64,000 nucleotides of DNA. It comes from Rhodobacter sp. (lineage in GTDB: Bacteria; Pseudomonadota; Alphaproteobacteria; Rhodobacterales; Rhodobacteraceae). The notes under the pieces are model-generated. The model worked only from the letters and a program-made list of their open reading frames with translations, was not told where the DNA came from and made no database searches. Positions 49,146 through 58,837 of this stretch are shown here, one piece after another. Made by a program: the position numbers and the translations under genes. The stretch is taken from the NCBI GenBank assembly GCA_020637515.1, contig JACKKG010000002.1, positions 38,715 to 102,714 of the forward strand. The letters run 5' to 3'. Position 1 is the stretch's first letter; each line of letters begins with the position of its first letter.

Positions 49146-49868
49146 ATGACCCTCGACGCCGCCTCGATCACCCCGCGCCAGAGCTTCTGGCAAGGCCTGC
49201 GCCACGGCGGGCCCTTCGTGCTGATCGTGGGCCCGTTCGGAATCGTGTTCGGCGTGGTCGCGACGGATGCGGGGCTGACCCTGGCGCAAACCATGGGTTT
49301 CACCATTGCCGTGATCGCCGGTGCCGCGCAACTGACCGCGGTGCAGTTGATGACCGAACACGCGCCCACCGTGATCGTGCTGGTCACGGCGTTGGCGGTG
49401 AACCTGCGCATGGCGATGTATTCGGCCAGCCTGGCGCCGCATATCGGCGCGGCCCCGCTGTGGCAGCGTGCGCTGATCGCCTATCTGATGGTCGATCAGG
49501 CCTATGCCACCTCGATCCTGCGCTACGAGCAGCAGCCGGGCCTGAGCTTGCCGGCCAAGGTGGCCTATTACTTTGGCGTCGTGTCGCTGATCTGCCCGGT
49601 CTGGTATCTGGGCACCCTGGCAGGCGCGCTGGTGGGGAACCAGATCCCCGAAAGCGTGCCGATCGGCGCCGCCGTGCCGATCGCCTTCATCGCGCTGATC
49701 GGGCCGATGCTGCGCACGCTGGCGCATGTCGGTGCGGCGCTGGTGTCGGTCGTGCTGGCGCTGGCCCTGGCGTGGATACCCTACAACCTGGGCCTGCTGG
49801 TGGCGGCGCTGGCGGCGATGGCCGCGGGCGCGCTGATCGAAACCTGGCAACAAGGACGCGGCGCATGA
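49146..49868 (+). CDS. azlC: AzlC-family branched-chain amino acid exporter subunit
   Basis: 240 aa polytopic protein. It is paired with a following AzlD-like ORF through an ATGA overlap. Confidence 0.82.
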   Translation: MTLDAASITPRQSFWQGLRHGGPFVLIVGPFGIVFGVVATDAGLTLAQTMGFTIAVIAGAAQLTAVQLMTEHAPTVIVLVTALAVNLRMAMYSASLAPHIGAAPLWQRALIAYLMVDQAYATSILRYEQQPGLSLPAKVAYYFGVVSLICPVWYLGTLAGALVGNQIPESVPIGAAVPIAFIALIGPMLRTLAHVGAALVSVVLALALAWIPYNLGLLVAALAAMAAGALIETWQQGRGA

Positions 49869-50206
49869 CCCTGTCTTCGACGACCGTCTGGATGGTGATC
49901 GTGGTGCTGGCCGCGGGAACCTTTGCGTTGCGCTTTTCCTTCCTGGGCATGATCGGCGGCCGGCAGATCCCGGGCTGGGCCCTGCGCCTGTTGCGCTACA
50001 CCCCGGTTGCGGTGATCCCGGGCCTCATGGCACCGCAGATCGCCCGCCCGATGGCCGAAACCGGCCTGCCCGACCCCACGCTGCTCGGCGCCGTGGCGGT
50101 GACGCTGCTGGTGGGGATCTGGCGCCGGAACGCGATCTGGGCGATGCTGTCAGGCGCGCTGGTGTTGGGCGCCCTGACGCTGTTGCGGGTGGCGCTGGCG
50201 CCCTGA
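49865..50206 (+). CDS. azlD: AzlD-family small membrane protein
   Basis: 113 aa from ATG 49865 in the tail of track ORF 49460..50206: MTLSSTTVWMVIVVLAAGTFALRFSF. Confidence 0.78.
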   Translation: MTLSSTTVWMVIVVLAAGTFALRFSFLGMIGGRQIPGWALRLLRYTPVAVIPGLMAPQIARPMAETGLPDPTLLGAVAVTLLVGIWRRNAIWAMLSGALVLGALTLLRVALAP

Positions 50207-50211
50207 CGCAA

Positions 50212-50231
50212 AGGGGCCCCGTGGGGCCCCT
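50212..50231. terminator. Hairpin between convergent azlD and lipoprotein genes
   Basis: AGGGGCCCC-gt-GGGGCCCCT: perfect 9-bp stem. There is no strong U-tract. Confidence 0.45.
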
Positions 50232-50237
50232 GCCGGA

Positions 50238-50834
50238 TCACTGCGTGTATTGCTGGCGTTCGGTGGGTTCGGCGTCGGAATAGACGTTTTCCTCGACCAC
50301 GCCGGGGATGGTGGCGAACTGGTCCGACAGCGCGTTCGGATAGAACGAGCTTTCGATCCAGGCGAATTCGGGCACCTGTTGCAGGATATGGGCGATCGAC
50401 TTGGCGCAGAAGGCATCGGGCACCGGCCCTTCCTGCTGGGCCAGGCGCAGGATGTATTCGGCGGTCTCGGGCGCGACCTGCAAATGCTGGATGCGCACGT
50501 GATGGGTGCGCCGCGCGTGATAATAGGTGTAGCGGAACAACTGGTTGTCGTCGAAGCCATAGTGAACGTCGTTCACCTCGGGCGACAGCGGATGGGTCCA
50601 GCTTCCGGCCGGGTCGAACAGCACGCGCTGACTGGGCGCGTTGATCATCAGGGCCGAATGCTCGCCCGAGCCTCGTTCGTTGTTCACCACGTTGAACAGC
50701 ACGATCTCATAGGGTTCGCCCGCCTGATAGCGGGCGGCGGCGACCTCGGACTCGGCCGCGTTGTGGACGGGTTTGGTGCACGCCGCCAGCAACACAAGGC
50801 CGACGAGCGCCAGAAGCCGGGTCACGATACGCAT
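50238..50834 (-). CDS. Lipoprotein of unknown function
   Basis: 198 aa. MRIVTRLLALVGLVLLAAC lipobox. The mature part is globular and not low-complexity. Confidence 0.78.
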   Translation of the reverse strand: MRIVTRLLALVGLVLLAACTKPVHNAAESEVAAARYQAGEPYEIVLFNVVNNERGSGEHSALMINAPSQRVLFDPAGSWTHPLSPEVNDVHYGFDDNQLFRYTYYHARRTHHVRIQHLQVAPETAEYILRLAQQEGPVPDAFCAKSIAHILQQVPEFAWIESSFYPNALSDQFATIPGVVEENVYSDAEPTERQQYTQ

Positions 50835-50911
50835 GACAGGGTCCTTTGGATCGGGCAGGAAGGGGCCGCGCCGCCAGGTCGCCGCGCGCCCCGCCAGGGC
50901 ACGCGCGCCGT

Positions 50912-51079
50912 TCAGGCGTTGGCCAGCGCCAGGAAGACCAGCACGCCGAGCGCGATCGCCGCAACCCAGACCGCGAGTTTGAGGAAACCGTGGAAGGTGT
51001 GCTCTTGCGTGGTCACATCCATCGAGCCGTGTTCGTAGTCCAAGGGTCTTCTCCCGTTCCCAGAGTTTTTTTCTTCCAT
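50912..51079 (-). CDS. aa3-type cytochrome c oxidase subunit IV-like peptide
   Basis: [39 protein letters not shown] closely parallels Paracoccus denitrificans subunit IV as I recall it ([39 protein letters not shown]). Start chosen at ATG 51079; the track opens at GTG 51103. Confidence 0.7.
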   Translation of the reverse strand: [55 protein letters not shown]

Positions 51080-51143
51080 ACCGGATGGCGCCGCGGCTGT
51101 CACCCGCCTTTGCGCGGGTCCCGGCCGGGTCCGAGGCGGCCCT

Positions 51144-52223
51144 TCAGACGCCGGTGGCCTGCCACAACCACGCGCCGCGGTCGTCGCGCCAGCGCCGGGC
51201 CCGGCCGGTGCGCAGCAGGTGGTTCAGATGCCCGACGGCCTCGACCAGGGCCATGCCGGCCTGCGTGCCAGTGATCTCGCGCTTGAAGATCGGCACGAAG
51301 CATTGCATCGCGGTGTGCGGCGTCGTCAGGTGGCGTTCCAGCCGGCCCAGCGCGCCGACGTGGTTGTCGATCATCTGCGTCAGGCGCAGCGGCAGGCCGG
51401 TAAAGGGCAGCTTGTGGCCGGGCAGCACAAAGTGGCGATCCTCGGCAAAGGCGGACAGGGCGCGGCAACTCGTCATCCATTCGCCCACCGGATCGGCGTC
51501 GGGCTCGGTCGCATAGACGCCGAGATTGGCGCTGATCCCGGGCAACAACTGGTCGCCGCCGATCACCAGGTCATCGTCGAGGCTCCAGAAGGTCGCGTGT
51601 TCGGGGGCGTGGCCATGTCCCACGCGCACCCGCCAGCGACGGCCGCCGATCTCGATCTCGTCGCCCTCGGCCACGCGGGTGAAACCCAGCGGCAGGGGAT
51701 CGACCACATCGGCGAAGTTGAAGGGGCGCTCGCCCATCCGGCGGGCGATCTCGGCCTCGTCCACGCCGGCGCCGCGCCAATACGCGACGGTTTCCGCGAC
51801 GGGTTGGTCCTGGCGGTCCAGCAGCAGCATCCGTGCGAACAGCCAGGCGGTGCGGGTGGTGACCAGATCGGCGCCGTGCTGCGCCTGGAACCAGCCGGCC
51901 AGGCCGATGTGGTCGGGGTGGTGATGCGTGACCACCACGCGGTGCACCGGCCGGCCGTTCAGGGGGCCGGCCATCAGATCCTGCCACGCCGCGCGGGCGG
52001 ATCGGCTGGCAAAGCCGGTGTCGATAACCGTCCAGCCCCGCGCGCCGTCGTCCAGCGCGTAGACATTCACATGGTCCAGCGCCATCGGCAGCGGCAGCCG
52101 CATCCACAACACGCCCGGGGCGACCTGGATCGCCTGGCCCGGCCCCGGCGGTTCCTCGAACGGATACCGGATACCGGGGTCGGCGGGGCGCGACGGGGGG
52201 CGCGCGGTAGAGGGAGAGGTCAT
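51144..52223 (-). CDS. MBL-fold metallo-hydrolase
   Basis: 359 aa from ATG 52223, with an ATGA overlap on the acyl-CoA dehydrogenase stop. VVVTHHHPDHIG HxHxDH motif. Confidence 0.85.
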   Translation of the reverse strand: MTSPSTARPPSRPADPGIRYPFEEPPGPGQAIQVAPGVLWMRLPLPMALDHVNVYALDDGARGWTVIDTGFASRSARAAWQDLMAGPLNGRPVHRVVVTHHHPDHIGLAGWFQAQHGADLVTTRTAWLFARMLLLDRQDQPVAETVAYWRGAGVDEAEIARRMGERPFNFADVVDPLPLGFTRVAEGDEIEIGGRRWRVRVGHGHAPEHATFWSLDDDLVIGGDQLLPGISANLGVYATEPDADPVGEWMTSCRALSAFAEDRHFVLPGHKLPFTGLPLRLTQMIDNHVGALGRLERHLTTPHTAMQCFVPIFKREITGTQAGMALVEAVGHLNHLLRTGRARRWRDDRGAWLWQATGV

Positions 52224-53929
52224 GCGGAGATCAGGTCCTCGGCCGAGAGGGCGTAAAGCTGCGCAGCCCCGGCGCGGGCCTGCACCAGCAGCGATTCGTG
52301 CTCGGGCAGAATACGATCCATGAACACATGTGCAAGCCGACAGCGCGGCCCCTGCGGATCGGCCAGCGCCGCCTTCAGGTGGTAGGCGCCGCCCAGAACC
52401 CGGGCAAAGGCCCGCAGATAGGCCACGGCGCCGGCGTTGCGGTCGTTGGCCTCTTGCGCGACCATCCATTCGGTTGCCTCGCGCAGGGTTTCCGCGGCGC
52501 TCCAGACCTTTTCGGCCAGTTCGGGCATCCGGCCCCGGGCCGCTTCGGCGGTATCCTCGATCTCTTGCAGCAGGCGGCAGGCGGCCTCGCCGCCGTCCAT
52601 CAGCTTGCGCCCGACAAGGTCCATGGCCTGGATGCCGTTGGTCCCCTCGTAGATCGGTGTGATGCGCGCATCGCGGAAATATTGCGCGGCGCCGGTTTCC
52701 TCGATGAACCCCATGCCGCCGTGAATCTGCACGCCCATCGACGACACCTCGCAGCCGATGTCCGTGCCGTGGGCCTTGGCGATCGGGGTGAGCAGCGCGG
52801 CGCGGGCTTTCCAGCTTTCCTTGCCCGTGGCCTTGCCCATGTCGATCGCCAGACCGCAATCCAGCGCGATGGCGCGGGCGGCGAAGATCTCGGCCTTCAT
52901 CACGGCCAGCATCCGGCGCACGTCGGCGTGGTCGATGATCGCGCCCTCGCCCAGGGGCGTGCGCCCCTGCTTGCGGTCCTGCGCATAGGCCAGCGCGTGC
53001 TGATAGGCGGCCTCGGCCACGCCGATGCCCTGCGCACCGACGCCCAGCCGGGCGTTGTTCATCATGGTGAACATCGCGGCCATACCGCCGTTCGGCTTGC
53101 CGACCAGCCAGCCGGTCGCCCCTTCGAAGGCCATCACGCAGGTCGGCGAGCCGTGAATGCCCAGCTTGTGTTCAAGCGAGACCACGCGCAGGGCGTTGCG
53201 CGCGCCGGGATTGCCGGCGGCGTCGGGGATCAGCTTGGGCACCATGAACAGGCTGATGCCGCGGGTGCCCGGCGCGCCGTCGGGCAGACGCGCCAGCACC
53301 AGGTGGCAGACGTTCTCGGCGACATCGTGATCGCCCCAGGTGATGAAGATCTTCTGCCCGGTGATGGCATAGGTGCCGTCGCCATTGTCCACCGCCCTGG
53401 TGCGCAGCGCGCCCACGTCCGAGCCGGCCTGCGGTTCGGTCAGGTTCATCGTGCCGGTCCACTCGCCGCTGATGAGTTTGGGCAGATACAGGTCCTTGAG
53501 CGTGTCGCTGGCGTGGTGTTCCAGCGCCTCGATCTGGCCCTGGCTCAGCAGCGGGCAGAGTTGCAGCGCCAGGCACGCGCCCGACATCATCTCGTTCATG
53601 GCGGTGTTCAGGGTCTGCGGCAGGCCCATTCCGCCGAACTCGGGCGTCGCGGCAATGCCCAGCCAGCCGCCCTCGGCAATCGCCTTGTAGCCGTCCTTGA
53701 ACCCGGGCGAGGTGCGCACCACGCCGTTTTCCAGCTTGGCCGGCGTCAGGTCGCCGTGGCGATTGAGCGGCGCCAGCACACCGTCGCACAGCCGCCCCAA
53801 CTCGCCCAGGATGGCCTCGGTCACGTCGGCGCCGGCCTCGGCGAAGGTCTCGGTTTCGGACAGCCGATCATACCCCAGCACCTGGTCCAGCAGGAAACGG
53901 ATATCGGCAACGGGCGCGGTGAAGGACAT
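52220..53929 (-). CDS. Long-type acyl-CoA dehydrogenase (about 570 aa, AcdA/DmdC-like architecture)
   Basis: 569 aa from ATG 53929 (checked). TEPQAGSDVGALRT, ITGQKIFITWGDHD and YEGTNGIQAMDLVGRK motifs, plus a C-terminal extension domain. Confidence 0.88.
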   Translation of the reverse strand: MSFTAPVADIRFLLDQVLGYDRLSETETFAEAGADVTEAILGELGRLCDGVLAPLNRHGDLTPAKLENGVVRTSPGFKDGYKAIAEGGWLGIAATPEFGGMGLPQTLNTAMNEMMSGACLALQLCPLLSQGQIEALEHHASDTLKDLYLPKLISGEWTGTMNLTEPQAGSDVGALRTRAVDNGDGTYAITGQKIFITWGDHDVAENVCHLVLARLPDGAPGTRGISLFMVPKLIPDAAGNPGARNALRVVSLEHKLGIHGSPTCVMAFEGATGWLVGKPNGGMAAMFTMMNNARLGVGAQGIGVAEAAYQHALAYAQDRKQGRTPLGEGAIIDHADVRRMLAVMKAEIFAARAIALDCGLAIDMGKATGKESWKARAALLTPIAKAHGTDIGCEVSSMGVQIHGGMGFIEETGAAQYFRDARITPIYEGTNGIQAMDLVGRKLMDGGEAACRLLQEIEDTAEAARGRMPELAEKVWSAAETLREATEWMVAQEANDRNAGAVAYLRAFARVLGGAYHLKAALADPQGPRCRLAHVFMDRILPEHESLLVQARAGAAQLYALSAEDLISA

Positions 53930-54045
53930 GGCAGAGCTCCGGAAACGAAAGGGCGAGCCGCTTGGCAAGCCCGGCTGACGGCTGTATTGCCGCAAGATCG
54001 CACAAGCCGACACCCCGAGAAACCAGAACGCAACGTCACCGCCCG

Positions 54046-54987
54046 ATGCCCGACACGCGCCGCCTTTCCCCCGCGCCCGACGACCTGCGCCGTGCCGCCG
54101 CGATGCTGCGCGCGGGCGGGCTGGTGGCGATGCCGACGGAAACGGTCTACGGGCTGGCCGCCGACGCCACGAACGACCGCGCCGTCGCGGCGATCTTTGC
54201 CGCCAAGGGCCGACCCCGGTTCAACCCGCTGATCGTGCATCTGGCCGACCTGGCCCAGGTCGAGGTCTTCGCCCGGATGACACCGCTGGCGCGGCGGCTG
54301 GCGACGGCGTTCTGGCCCGGGCCGCTGACGCTGGTGCTGCCGCTCAAGGGCGGGCTGTCGCCGCTGGTCACCGCCGGGCTCGATACCGTTGCGATCCGGC
54401 TGCCGGCGCATCCCGTGGCGCGCGCGCTGCTGGCCGCCTTTGGCGGGCCGTTGGCCGCGCCTTCGGCCAATCCCTCGGGGCGGATCAGCCCGGTCAGCGC
54501 GGCGCATGTGCTGGCGGGGCTGGACGGGCGGATCGACGCGGTGGTGGACGCGGGGCCCTGCGCGGTCGGGCTGGAATCGACGATCCTGGATGCGACCGGG
54601 CACCAGCCCGCGCTGCTGCGCGCGGGCGGTCTGGCGGTCGAGGCGATCGAGGCGCTGGGCCTCACCGTCGGCCGGCCCCGGGGCGGCGCGATCACCGCGC
54701 CCGGGCAGTTGGCCTCGCATTATGCGCCGCGCGGGCGGGTGCGGCTGGAGGCCGGGACACCGCAGCCGGGCGAGGTCTGGGTCGGCTTTGGCCCCTGCCC
54801 CGGCGCGGCGCTGACCCTCAGCGAATCCGGCGACACGACCGAGGCCGCCGCCCGCCTGTTCCACATATTGCACGAGGCCGACGCGCTGGCCGGCGCCGGG
54901 GGCCGCATCGCCTTTGCCCCCGTTCCGCACAGCGGGCTGGGTCGCGCCATCAACGACCGTCTGTCCCGCGCCGCAGCGCCGCGCTGA
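54046..54987 (+). CDS. tsaC: L-threonylcarbamoyladenylate synthase (Sua5/YwlC type)
   Basis: 313 aa from ATG 54046. PTETVYGLAADA, KGRPRFNPLIVH and SANPSGRISP motifs, plus the Sua5 C-terminal domain. Confidence 0.9.
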   Translation: MPDTRRLSPAPDDLRRAAAMLRAGGLVAMPTETVYGLAADATNDRAVAAIFAAKGRPRFNPLIVHLADLAQVEVFARMTPLARRLATAFWPGPLTLVLPLKGGLSPLVTAGLDTVAIRLPAHPVARALLAAFGGPLAAPSANPSGRISPVSAAHVLAGLDGRIDAVVDAGPCAVGLESTILDATGHQPALLRAGGLAVEAIEALGLTVGRPRGGAITAPGQLASHYAPRGRVRLEAGTPQPGEVWVGFGPCPGAALTLSESGDTTEAAARLFHILHEADALAGAGGRIAFAPVPHSGLGRAINDRLSRAAAPR

Positions 54988-55948
54988 GTTCGCCCAGCAG
55001 CGCCGGCGCGCTCCAGTCGCGACGCCCCGCGCCGATCAGGGCGACCAGGCGGCGGTTTACCGGGGCCTCGAGCGACTGCGCGCGGGCCAGGCGCAGAACC
55101 TCGCCGTTGATCCAGTCGATTTCCGTCGCGCGGCCCTGCGCCAGGTCGTCGGCCATGGACGAGCGCGCCAGCGGGTCGATCCTGAGCATCCCGCCCGCCA
55201 GCGCGCGGAACAGCGGATCGGGCAGGCGCAGCACGCCGGGCAGCATCCGCGCGGGCAAGGGCGTGAGCCGGGCCAGCGGCATCCCCGCCCGGGCACACAG
55301 GCCCAGCCATTCCTCTTGCGCCAGCGCCAGGCAGCGGCGGAAATCGCGCTGCGACAGTTCCGCGCGCAGGGGCAGTCCGGACAGCGCGTTGACCGCGTTG
55401 TTGAGGTTCAGCATCAGCTTCGCGCGCAGCACCGGCGCCATGTCGGCGTGCCGCGTCAAGGCCAACCCGGCGCGCCGGAACAAGGCCACCGGCAGGCGCG
55501 GGTCATCGGCGACATGCAAGCCGCCCTGCGTGCCCTGGTGGAACCCGCCCGCCCCCTGCGCCGCAACGTTGAAGCCGACCATCCCGCGCAGGACCGGGCG
55601 ACCCAGCCCCTCGGCCAGCACCTGCGCGTTGTCGAGCCCGTTCTGAAAGCTGACCACAACCGCATCGGGCGCCAGATGCGGGCGCAGCGCGCGGGCAGCC
55701 TCGGCGCTGGCGGCGCTTTTCACGCAGACCAGCACCAGAGCGGCGTCCCGCGCGCCCTCGGGCCCTTCGGTGAACGGCAGGGGCGCCGTCTCGACCCGCC
55801 CGCCCCGGTAATCCGTCAGCACCAGCCCACGCGCGACCTCGGCGCCGACCCGGGCGCGGCCGATCAGGACCACGTCGCCCCCCGCCGCCGCAAGCCGCCC
55901 CCCGAGATAGCAGCCGACTGCGCCGGCGCCGAAGATCGCGATGCGCAT
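54950..55948 (-). CDS. panE: 2-dehydropantoate 2-reductase family (ApbA/PanE) oxidoreductase
   Basis: 332 aa from ATG 55948 (checked). MRIAIFGAGAVGCYLGGRL Rossmann N-terminus and ATEIDWINGEV near the C-terminus. Confidence 0.8.
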   Translation of the reverse strand: MRIAIFGAGAVGCYLGGRLAAAGGDVVLIGRARVGAEVARGLVLTDYRGGRVETAPLPFTEGPEGARDAALVLVCVKSAASAEAARALRPHLAPDAVVVSFQNGLDNAQVLAEGLGRPVLRGMVGFNVAAQGAGGFHQGTQGGLHVADDPRLPVALFRRAGLALTRHADMAPVLRAKLMLNLNNAVNALSGLPLRAELSQRDFRRCLALAQEEWLGLCARAGMPLARLTPLPARMLPGVLRLPDPLFRALAGGMLRIDPLARSSMADDLAQGRATEIDWINGEVLRLARAQSLEAPVNRRLVALIGAGRRDWSAPALLGELSAALRRGTDGR

Positions 55949-56003
55949 CCCTGAACCCTCCTGACACTGGCGGCGGCGCGCGCTTTGGCCTATATCCGCG
56001 CGT

Positions 56004-56867
56004 ATGAGCACCATCGTCCCCCAGAGCCTGACCTTCCGCAAGATGCACGGAGCGGGCAACGATTTCGTGATCCTCGACTCGCGCGGGCAAACCGCGCGGG
56101 GACTGGGGGCACGGACGACGCCCGAGCTGGCGCGCGCGTTGGGGGACCGCCACCGGGGCGTGGGGTTCGACCAACTGGCCGAGATGCGCGACGATGCCGC
56201 CGACGACGACGCCGACGCCGCCGACCTGGCGCTGGATTTCTGGAACGCCGACGGCAGCATGGCCGGGGCCTGCGGCAACGCCACCCGCTGCGTCGCCTGG
56301 CTGGTGATGCGCGAAACCGGGCGCGACCGACTGACCATCCGCACCGAACGCGGCCTGCTGACGGCGGTGCGGCAGGACGGGCGGGTCTGGGTGAACATGG
56401 GCGCGCCGCTGCTGGACTGGCAGGCGATCCCTCTGGCCGGTCCCGGGGACAGCCAGCACCTGCCCCTGCCCGGCGATCCCGTCGCCGTCGGCATGGGCAA
56501 CCCGCATTGCGTCTTCATCGTCGCGGATGCCGAGGCCGTGGCGCTGGACACACTGGGGCCGCGCTACGAACACGACCCGCTGTTCCCCCAGCGCACGAAT
56601 GTGGAATTCGTCAGCCTGACCGGGCAGGACCGGCTCAGGATGCGGGTCTGGGAACGCGGTGCGGGGGTGACGCTGGCCTGCGGCTCGGGCGCCTGCGCGG
56701 TGGCGGTGGCGACGGCCCAGCGCGGCCTGACCGGGCGGCGCGTCGTGATGGACCTGGACGGCGGCACGCTGGAAGCCGACTGGCGCGACGATGGCGTCTG
56801 GCTGACCGGCCCCGTGGCCGAGGTCTTTACCGGCACGCTCAGCGCCGAGGCCCTGGCCACACCATGA
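56004..56867 (+). CDS. dapF: Diaminopimelate epimerase
   Basis: 287 aa. [21 protein letters not shown] and ACGSGACA catalytic Cys motifs. Confidence 0.95.
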   Translation: MSTIVPQSLTFRKMHGAGNDFVILDSRGQTARGLGARTTPELARALGDRHRGVGFDQLAEMRDDAADDDADAADLALDFWNADGSMAGACGNATRCVAWLVMRETGRDRLTIRTERGLLTAVRQDGRVWVNMGAPLLDWQAIPLAGPGDSQHLPLPGDPVAVGMGNPHCVFIVADAEAVALDTLGPRYEHDPLFPQRTNVEFVSLTGQDRLRMRVWERGAGVTLACGSGACAVAVATAQRGLTGRRVVMDLDGGTLEADWRDDGVWLTGPVAEVFTGTLSAEALATP

Positions 56868-58120
56868 GCGCGCCGCCCGTGTTCACCACGCTCGGCTGCC
56901 GGCTCAATGCCTATGAGACCGAGGCGATGAAGGACCTGGCCCGCGAGGCCGGGGTCAGCGGCGCGCATGTCGTGAACACCTGCGCGGTCACCGCCGAGGC
57001 GGTGCGCAAGGCCCGCCAGGAAATCCGCCGGATCGCCCGCGAAACCCCCGGCGCGACGATCATCGTCACCGGCTGCGCAGCGCAGACCGAACCCGAAACC
57101 TTTGCCGCGATGCCCGAGGTGACGCGCGTCATCGGCAATCACGAAAAGATGCTGCCCGGGACCTGGGCGGCGCTGACGCCCGATCTGATCGGCCGGACCG
57201 AACGCGTGCAGGTGGACGACATCCTGAGCGTGCGCGAAACGGCGGGGCATCTGATCGACGGGTTCGGCAGCCGCGCGCGGGCCTATGTGCAGGTGCAAAA
57301 CGGCTGCGACCACCGCTGCACCTTCTGCATCATTCCTTACGGCCGGGGCAATTCGCGCTCGGTGCCGGCGGGCGTGGTGGTGGAACAGATCAAGCGGCTG
57401 GTCGGCGCGGGCTATCACGAGGTGGTGCTGACCGGGGTCGATCTGACCTCGTGGGGGCCCGACCTGCCCGGCCAGCCGGCGCTGGGCGACCTGGTGCAGA
57501 AGATCCTGCGGCTGGTGCCCGATCTGGCACGGCTGCGCATCTCGTCCATCGATTCGATCGAGGCCGACCCGGCCCTGATCGACGCCATCGCCGGCGAACC
57601 GCGCCTGATGCCGCATTTGCACCTGTCGTTGCAGGCGGGCGACGACATGATCCTGAAACGGATGAAGCGGCGCCACCTGCGCGACGACGCCATCCGCTTT
57701 TGCCACGCGATGCGCGCGGCGCGACCCGACCTTGTCTACGGCGCGGATATCATCGCAGGCTTTCCCACGGAAACCGAGGCGATGTTCGAGAACTCGCTGG
57801 CCCTGGCGCGCGAATGCGGGCTGACCTGGCTGCACGTCTTTCCCTATTCGCCCCGCCAGGGCACGCCCGCGGCGCGGATGCCGCAGGTTCCCGTGGCCGA
57901 GGTCAGGGCCCGCGCGGCGCGGTTGCGGGACCTGGGCGCGGTGCTGGCGGCCGAACATCTGGCCGCGCAGGTCGGGCGCGACCATCGCGTGTTGATGGAG
58001 AGCCCGCGCATGGGCCGGACCGAGCAGTTCACCGAGGTGCGCTTTGCCGCGGACCAGCCGGTGGGGCAGATCGTGGCGGCGCGCATCCAGGGTCAGGACG
58101 GGCGCCAGTTGCGGGCGTAG
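56864..58120 (+). CDS. mtaB: tRNA (t6A37) methylthiotransferase MtaB (MiaB-like radical SAM)
   Basis: 418 aa from ATG 56864, with an ATGA overlap on the dapF stop. [12 protein letters not shown] and NTCAVT UPF0004 motifs and the CDHRCTFC radical SAM motif. Confidence 0.9.
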   Translation: MSAPPVFTTLGCRLNAYETEAMKDLAREAGVSGAHVVNTCAVTAEAVRKARQEIRRIARETPGATIIVTGCAAQTEPETFAAMPEVTRVIGNHEKMLPGTWAALTPDLIGRTERVQVDDILSVRETAGHLIDGFGSRARAYVQVQNGCDHRCTFCIIPYGRGNSRSVPAGVVVEQIKRLVGAGYHEVVLTGVDLTSWGPDLPGQPALGDLVQKILRLVPDLARLRISSIDSIEADPALIDAIAGEPRLMPHLHLSLQAGDDMILKRMKRRHLRDDAIRFCHAMRAARPDLVYGADIIAGFPTETEAMFENSLALARECGLTWLHVFPYSPRQGTPAARMPQVPVAEVRARAARLRDLGAVLAAEHLAAQVGRDHRVLMESPRMGRTEQFTEVRFAADQPVGQIVAARIQGQDGRQLRA

Positions 58121-58147
58121 CGGGGGGCCAGCCCCCCGCACCCCCCG

Positions 58148-58174
58148 CCCAAGGGGGCTGTCTGCCCCCTTGGG
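58148..58174. terminator. Hairpin between convergent mtaB and pseudouridine synthase genes
   Basis: CCCAAGGGGGC-tgtct-GCCCCCTTGGG: perfect 11-bp stem. It is preceded by a second small GC hairpin at 58122-58138. Confidence 0.5.
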
Positions 58175-58190
58175 AAACCCCCGAGGATAT

Positions 58191-58763
58191 TTACGGCACA
58201 AAGAACGCAAGGGGCCGGTCCTGCCAGGCCCCCGGCGCGAGGCCGTCCAGACCATTGTCGCCGACACGGTGCCGCACGAGTCGCAGGACCGGGTGGCCGA
58301 CGGCGTTGGCCATGCGGCGGATCTGGCGATTGCGGCCCTCGGTCAGGGTGATGTCGAGCCAGGTTCCGGGCGGGTCGGGCCGCTCGCGTGGCCACAGCCA
58401 CGAGGGACGCGCGATGACCGTGACCCGGGCCGGCCGGGTTGGGCCGTCACCCAGCAAGACCCCCGCGCGCAGCCGGTCGAGCGTCGGCGCCGAGGGGGTG
58501 CCCGCGACAAGAACCGCATAGGTCTTTTCTGTGCCGCCCCCGGTCAGTCGGGCCTGCAACGCGCCGTCGTTAGTGAGCAGCAGCAGCCCCTCGCTGTCGG
58601 CGTCGAGCCGCCCCGCGGGCACCAGGCCCGGCAGCGCCAGGAGCCGCGCGAGGCCGGGCCAGTGGGGATCGTCGGTCCACTGGCTGAGCACGCCGGCCGG
58701 CTTGTTGAAGGCGACGAGGCGGGGCTGTTCGGTGGAACGGGCGCGGGGGCGCGGGCGGCTCAT
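58191..58763 (-). CDS. Pseudouridine synthase (RsuA/RluE family)
   Basis: 190 aa from ATG 58763 (checked). GRLDADSEGLLLLTNDG catalytic Asp motif and EGRNRQIRRM motif. Confidence 0.85.
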   Translation of the reverse strand: MSRPRPRARSTEQPRLVAFNKPAGVLSQWTDDPHWPGLARLLALPGLVPAGRLDADSEGLLLLTNDGALQARLTGGGTEKTYAVLVAGTPSAPTLDRLRAGVLLGDGPTRPARVTVIARPSWLWPRERPDPPGTWLDITLTEGRNRQIRRMANAVGHPVLRLVRHRVGDNGLDGLAPGAWQDRPLAFFVP

Positions 58764-58837
58764 CAATCGGCACCTTGCGGTGGAGGGAGGGTCGGGCGGG
58801 CCGGATCGGATCGGACATCGCGGCGCGCCGGGTCGCG

